Shown here: positions 59,641 through 64,000 of the stretch, one piece after another
How positions within the stretch are numbered: the stretch's first letter is position 1
Layout of the letters: each line of letters opens with the position of its first letter
Virus record (IMG/VR): IMGVR_UViG_3300037423_002564
DNA from: a virus
Length of the DNA stretch: 64,000 nucleotides
Strand: one strand, 5' to 3'
Notes under the pieces: model-generated
Told to the model about the DNA's origin: nothing
What the model saw: the letters and a program-made list of their open reading frames with translations, nothing else
Database searches by the model: none
Program-made: the position numbers and the translations under genes

Positions 59641-60630
59641 GTCGCCTCCTCGAAGCCTTCGACGATCACGAAGTCGGTATCCACCATCTCGACCCCCTCC
59701 ATCCGCAGAACGCTGGGCTCGAAGGGCTGGCCCGTGATGGCCGTGTAGGCGGCGCCATAGCGCTGGCACGCCTCGCGGTGGACGGCCTTGGCCTGCTGGA
59801 TGGCCTTGGCGGTCTCGCTCACGAAGAAGCGGCTCACGCGCAGCTCGCGCACCTCGGGCGTCTCCTCGACCTTCACGGCCACGGGCTTTCCGCAGGCGGG
59901 GCAGTTGCCCTTCACGAGCTGGCAGCGCTTCATCTTGGCCTTGCAGGCGCACTGCATCAGATCGTAGGCGGGGCTGTCGATCATGCGAACCTCCGCAGCA
60001 CGAAGGGGCGCGCGGGCTCGTTGCCGCGCTGGGCGTTGGGCAGGGCCGGCTCCAGGCCGCTCTGGCCCTCGGCGAGCACCGGCGGCTTGTGGGCCTCGGC
60101 CACGGCCACGGCGTGGGCCTGGCGGTGGTGATAGAGGGAGGCCGCGCGGTAGAAGCTGTCCATGATGCCCGCCATGCTGGCCCGGCCGCTCTGGGCGTGA
60201 TCGGGGTCCTTGAACCCGCCCACGCGCACCAGCTTGGGCAGGAACTCCGGCAGGTGGCGCCACATCAACTGGTTGCGGCACCAGTGCTCCGTGATCAGGC
60301 GGGCCAGGGTCCACTCCATGGTCTCGGGCTGGCGCACCCAGTCCCGCCACCAGGCCGCCACCTCCGGCGCGACGCACATCAGCGTGCAGTTACCATAATC
60401 TGGAAAGTTGGTCGATTGGTAGGTCTTGGGGGCCGTGAAGTCGGCGGACTCCACGCGCAGGCCCCCGGAGAACACGCCGCGAAGCGTCGCCACCTCGTCG
60501 TGGAGGTGGTGGCCGGGCACGAAGATGTTGCCCATCAGGATCGACTCGCCGGGGCCCTGGAGCCGCCAGGACAGGCCCAGGCGGCCGATACCGCCCCGGG
60601 TGATGTCGTGATCGACGCGCTCCAAGATGA

Positions 60631-61365
60631 TCATACCGTTGTGACCCCGCTCATCACCTTGCAGTGACACACTTCGCACAGAGCATGCGAGCGATCGTCT
60701 CCCGGGATACCCAGGCCCCTCCCGTCTCCGGGGTTGATGCCCAACACCATATTGCCCTGAAAATGCCATTCGCGCAAGTTCTTGATGTCCCCGCAAATGA
60801 AGCAACGTTCCATTAGCAGGTGCCCCTCGCGAATGAGCGCTGCCAGCTCTTCCCGGCACTGGCCCAGGGCAAACTCGTTGCCCGCGTGCTCGGCCATGCC
60901 GGCGCGGTGGCCCACGTCAAAGACGCGGTCCATCAGCGCGCCGATGGCCTGTTGGTAGTTCAGCACGTCGGTCGCGTTCTTGACTTGGGCCTTGGTCAGG
61001 GCCTCGACCTGCTGGGTTGCGATCGCGAGCTGCGCCTTGAGCTGGTCGCGCTCGGCCTGGAGCCGGGCGGTGTCGCCGATCAAGGGCCCCAGCGCCTTCT
61101 TGGCCTTGCGCAGTTGGCGCACGGTCTCCTTGCGCCGGCGGTTGGACTTGTCGAGCCACTGGCGCAGCATCGCGAGGCGCGTCTGCTGGTCCAGCTCCTG
61201 CTTCGTCAGCGGCGGCGACACGGCGATGGGATCCGCGGCCGGCCTGGCGGCGATCACGCGCCAGGGCTCGGGCACCACGTCCACCAGATCGCGGCCGTCG
61301 GCCAGCTTGGTGTCGGTCTTGCCGTTTACGCGCTTGAAGAAGTCACCGATGATGGACACTGCCAC
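60631..61365 (-). CDS. Coiled-coil protein with C-terminal HNH-like Zn finger
   Basis: CFICG...ALCEVCH. Confidence 0.55.
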   Translation of the reverse strand: MAVSIIGDFFKRVNGKTDTKLADGRDLVDVVPEPWRVIAARPAADPIAVSPPLTKQELDQQTRLAMLRQWLDKSNRRRKETVRQLRKAKKALGPLIGDTARLQAERDQLKAQLAIATQQVEALTKAQVKNATDVLNYQQAIGALMDRVFDVGHRAGMAEHAGNEFALGQCREELAALIREGHLLMERCFICGDIKNLREWHFQGNMVLGINPGDGRGLGIPGDDRSHALCEVCHCKVMSGVTTV

Positions 61366-61696
61366 GCTCCTTGAAGCCCGGGGCGGCCAGGCGCTCGTCT
61401 CGCTGGGCCGGGGTGTGCCCGTCCCATTCCTGATAATCGGGGAGTCCAGCCAAGAGAGGTACGTCGGCCTCGGCGATGTGCCAGCTCACCTGCCCCGCCG
61501 GCAGCTCCACCATGAGGACGTGGCGCCACTCGGGGGTCTGGTCCGGGTCGATGCGCACGCCGGCTCGCAACCCCAGCGCGAGGGCCGCATGCGCGAGGGC
61601 CACGGCCGCGAGCGCCCGGCCGCGGTAGGCGGCGTCGCGCTCGGCTTCGAGGCGGTCGATCTTCTCGGCGAACCAGGCGGGGCCCAAGAAGGTCAT
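61343..61696 (-). CDS. WDGH-motif phage protein
   Basis: AYRGR...ELPAGQVSWHI...WDGHT. Confidence 0.7.
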   Translation of the reverse strand: MTFLGPAWFAEKIDRLEAERDAAYRGRALAAVALAHAALALGLRAGVRIDPDQTPEWRHVLMVELPAGQVSWHIAEADVPLLAGLPDYQEWDGHTPAQRDERLAAPGFKERGSVHHR

Positions 61697-62532
61697 GCGC
61701 CCTTCCTCTCGGCGTGCTGGGCCATCCGCGCGTAGCGGGCCAGGCTGTCGGGCGCCAGGTGGCCGGTCTGCTGGGCCACCTCGGCCGCCGCCATGCCGCG
61801 GGCCAGCATGTGGATGATGGCGGAGCGTCGGATGGTCTGGGGGTTGAGCCCCTCGCTCATGCCGTTGACCATCTTCCACAAGCACTGGCGCGTCAGGCCG
61901 CGGCCGGCGTAGTTGCGGAAGACGATGTCGGCCTGGTTGCCGCGGGTCTCGCGCTTGAGCTTGGGGTAGACCTCGCGCATGTAGACCGCCAGCTCGCGCG
62001 CGCACGCCTCGGCCACGAAGACCTTGCGGTCGCCGAAGCGGATGATGCCGCCGTCGACGTCCACCTGGCTCCAGCGCAGGCGCACGATCTCCTCCGTGCC
62101 CAGGCCCAGGGCCATCAGCTCGACCACGCAGCGCTCGCGCGTGCCGCTCGCCAGGGTGTCGACCAGCCGGCGCAGCTCGGCCTCGGCGAGGTAGTGCGGC
62201 TTCACCTGGTTGACGCCCTTGAAGCGCAGCACGTTGCCGGGGTTGTCCTCGCGCAGGCGCAGGCTCACGATGTACTCGCCCAGCACGCGCAGGGTGGCGA
62301 GCTTGCGCTTCTGGCTGGAGGTCGCGAGCCCCTTGGCCTCCAGGTGGTCGAGGAAGGACGTGATGTTGTCGGCCGTCAGCTCCGCCGGGCCGATGGCACG
62401 GGCGGCGAAGTACTCCTGGGCCTGCTTCACGTCGGTGTTGTAGCACTCGATCGAGCTGTCCTTGCAGCCGCGCTCGCCGCACCAGTCCAAGAACGGGAGG
62501 ATCACAGCCTCCCAGGTCAGCTTCTCTTCCAT
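61693..62532 (-). CDS. XerC/D-like tyrosine recombinase fold, catalytically degenerate
   Basis: SAM-like N-domain (LATSSQKRKLATLR), PHYL, LTRQCLWKMV, PQTIRRS, TGH..ARY; lacks the TGxR arginine. Confidence 0.8.
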   Translation of the reverse strand: MEEKLTWEAVILPFLDWCGERGCKDSSIECYNTDVKQAQEYFAARAIGPAELTADNITSFLDHLEAKGLATSSQKRKLATLRVLGEYIVSLRLREDNPGNVLRFKGVNQVKPHYLAEAELRRLVDTLASGTRERCVVELMALGLGTEEIVRLRWSQVDVDGGIIRFGDRKVFVAEACARELAVYMREVYPKLKRETRGNQADIVFRNYAGRGLTRQCLWKMVNGMSEGLNPQTIRRSAIIHMLARGMAAAEVAQQTGHLAPDSLARYARMAQHAERKGA

Positions 62533-62949
62533 GGCTACTTCTTCTTCTCCGCCCGACGCTTCTGGCTGTCGAGGTACATGCGGCGCTGGGCCTCGTTGAT
62601 GATGTACTGGCGGGCCAGCCACAGCCGGTACTCGCTCGTGCGCTTGATCTCCCAGCCGAAGTTGTCGCTGTCCAGCTCGTCGACGTTCTCCGGCGTGATG
62701 AAGTCCACGGTGGGGTCGGCGCCCTTGATGGGGATCTCCAGCTTCATGTCGAGCTGGGTCGCCACGCCCTCGGTGGCGGCGACGATCACCGGGTCATCGA
62801 CGGCGATCTCCCCGCGGGCCAGCTTCTCGAAGTACTCGTCCGAGAGCCCCAGGTCGATCGTGTCGTCGTCGAAGTCGCTCGCGGGCGCTTCGTCAAGCTC
62901 CAAGTCCATCGTGAACCTCTTTCCGGGCCGTGACGGCGGCCCATCCGGG

Positions 62950-63387
62950 TTAAGCCTTCTTCTTGGGTTTGGGCAGCGCCAGCGCGCAGCGGCAGATCGC
63001 CTCCGCGATGGTCACGCCCGTGCCCTTCTTGCCGTAGTTGTCCGTGAGGGCGACGTAGCAGTAGTAGCGCTCGCTCTCGATGCCGATCAGGAAGTTGCGA
63101 TTGCCCGCGCGCGCGAAGCACAGCACGTCCATCGCCTGCGTGATGTCGACGGAGTACTTGGGGACGTGGTTGAGCCCGTCCTCCAGCGAGATGACGTCGT
63201 CGGCGCTGCCCTCGGCCAGCAGCAGGTCGCGGTGCGAGTTCGTCTCGCTGGCCGGCCCGAAGATCTGCTCCACCACCTCGGGCTTGCACAGCATCGGCTT
63301 GCCGTCGAGGCGCCAGCGCGTGAAACCCATCATGTGCTCGGCGACGGCGGCGTCCAGCGCGCGGCCGGCTTCAGGCTTGGCGGTCAT
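62950..63387 (-). CDS. Phage ABA-sandwich domain protein
   Basis: AGRALDAAVAEHMMG...VPKYSVDITQAMDVL...AEAICRCAL. Confidence 0.75.
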   Translation of the reverse strand: MTAKPEAGRALDAAVAEHMMGFTRWRLDGKPMLCKPEVVEQIFGPASETNSHRDLLLAEGSADDVISLEDGLNHVPKYSVDITQAMDVLCFARAGNRNFLIGIESERYYCYVALTDNYGKKGTGVTIAEAICRCALALPKPKKKA

Positions 63388-64000
63388 GGGGCACCTCGAT
63401 CGTCTGGTTCTCGGCCACGTAGGGCACGTAGGTGCTGCGGGCCTCGTGGACTTGGATGTGGCGCACGCTCTCGCTGCTGCGCAGCATGTCGACGGCGATG
63501 CGCTGGCCGGCCTTCACGCGTCCGCCGTAGCTGGACTCCGCGTACTCGCTGGGGTCGATCAGCACCTGGAGCTTCACGAGCACCAGCTCCTCGCGCGTGC
63601 CCGTGTCTACGCCGGCCTTCGCCAGCACCACCGGCTTGCCCTGGGCGATCGTCCGCCGGATGTAGAACAGGCAGCGGTCGCAGTAGCGCGCGCGGCTCTC
63701 GCGGGCCACCATGGCGACGCCGTTGGCGTTGTCGCAGAGCTTGTGGTTCTTGTGGCGCACCAACGGCTCGTCCATGTGCTCGGACATCACCCAGTGCAGC
63801 ACCTGCTGCTTGCTGGGAGACCAGCGGCCGGGGATGGGGACGTTCTCCCCCCGCAGCATCTCGTTGGTGACGGGACCCAAGGTCAGCATCTAGTCCTCCC
63901 GCCCGTCGCTGTAGCGCCCCACCTTCGTGAAGTTGGGCTCGATGCGGAAGCTGGCGCGGTAGGGCTTGCCCCGGTAGGCTTCGCCGTCGCTGCTGGTCTC

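Noticed and set aside
61693-62532. Functional integrase marking a prophage boundary
   Set aside because: Catalytic residues are degenerate, phage-like genes continue on both sides and no att-like repeat was seen.
1-64000. Genome-wide TAG reassignment (alternative genetic code)
   Set aside because: Conserved enzymes are uninterrupted in code 11, and many TAG stops are followed by out-of-frame starts with good SDs.

Overview
The window is a 64-kb, GC-rich, densely coding segment of a large tailed-phage-like replicon, possibly a phage-plasmid. No capsid, terminase, rRNA, tRNA or CRISPR array was recognised. (1) 1-28 kb (+) holds dozens of short, often Cys-rich accessory or early genes, a lipoprotein and an SMC/Rad50-like ATPase. 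(2) 28.2-33.5 kb is a lambdoid-style replication module: an initiator with internal iterons and an AT-rich tract, a counter-transcribed small RNA, a DnaC-like loader and thymidine kinase. It is followed by a promoter-to-terminator unit of structured RNA, coiled-coil gene, RelE-like gene and GATA-like Zn finger. (3) 35.9-43.9 kb carries HU, an AbrB-like regulator, probable virion/baseplate genes, two peptidoglycan hydrolases with a shared N-terminal module, and RusA. (4) 44-64 kb (-) carries ThyX, a phage Dam-type methylase, a P-loop kinase, a degenerate HAD, an SLT lysin, a MazG-like protein, a C5 methyltransferase with six TRD-like repeats, an MmcB-like nuclease and a degenerate tyrosine recombinase. 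The strongest unexplained signal is a short peptide motif, (A)DSGR, in about 14 mostly unrelated early proteins, including eight consecutive genes at 10.7-14.6 kb. It is conserved as protein, not DNA. All family assignments are by motif recognition from memory; no database was searched.
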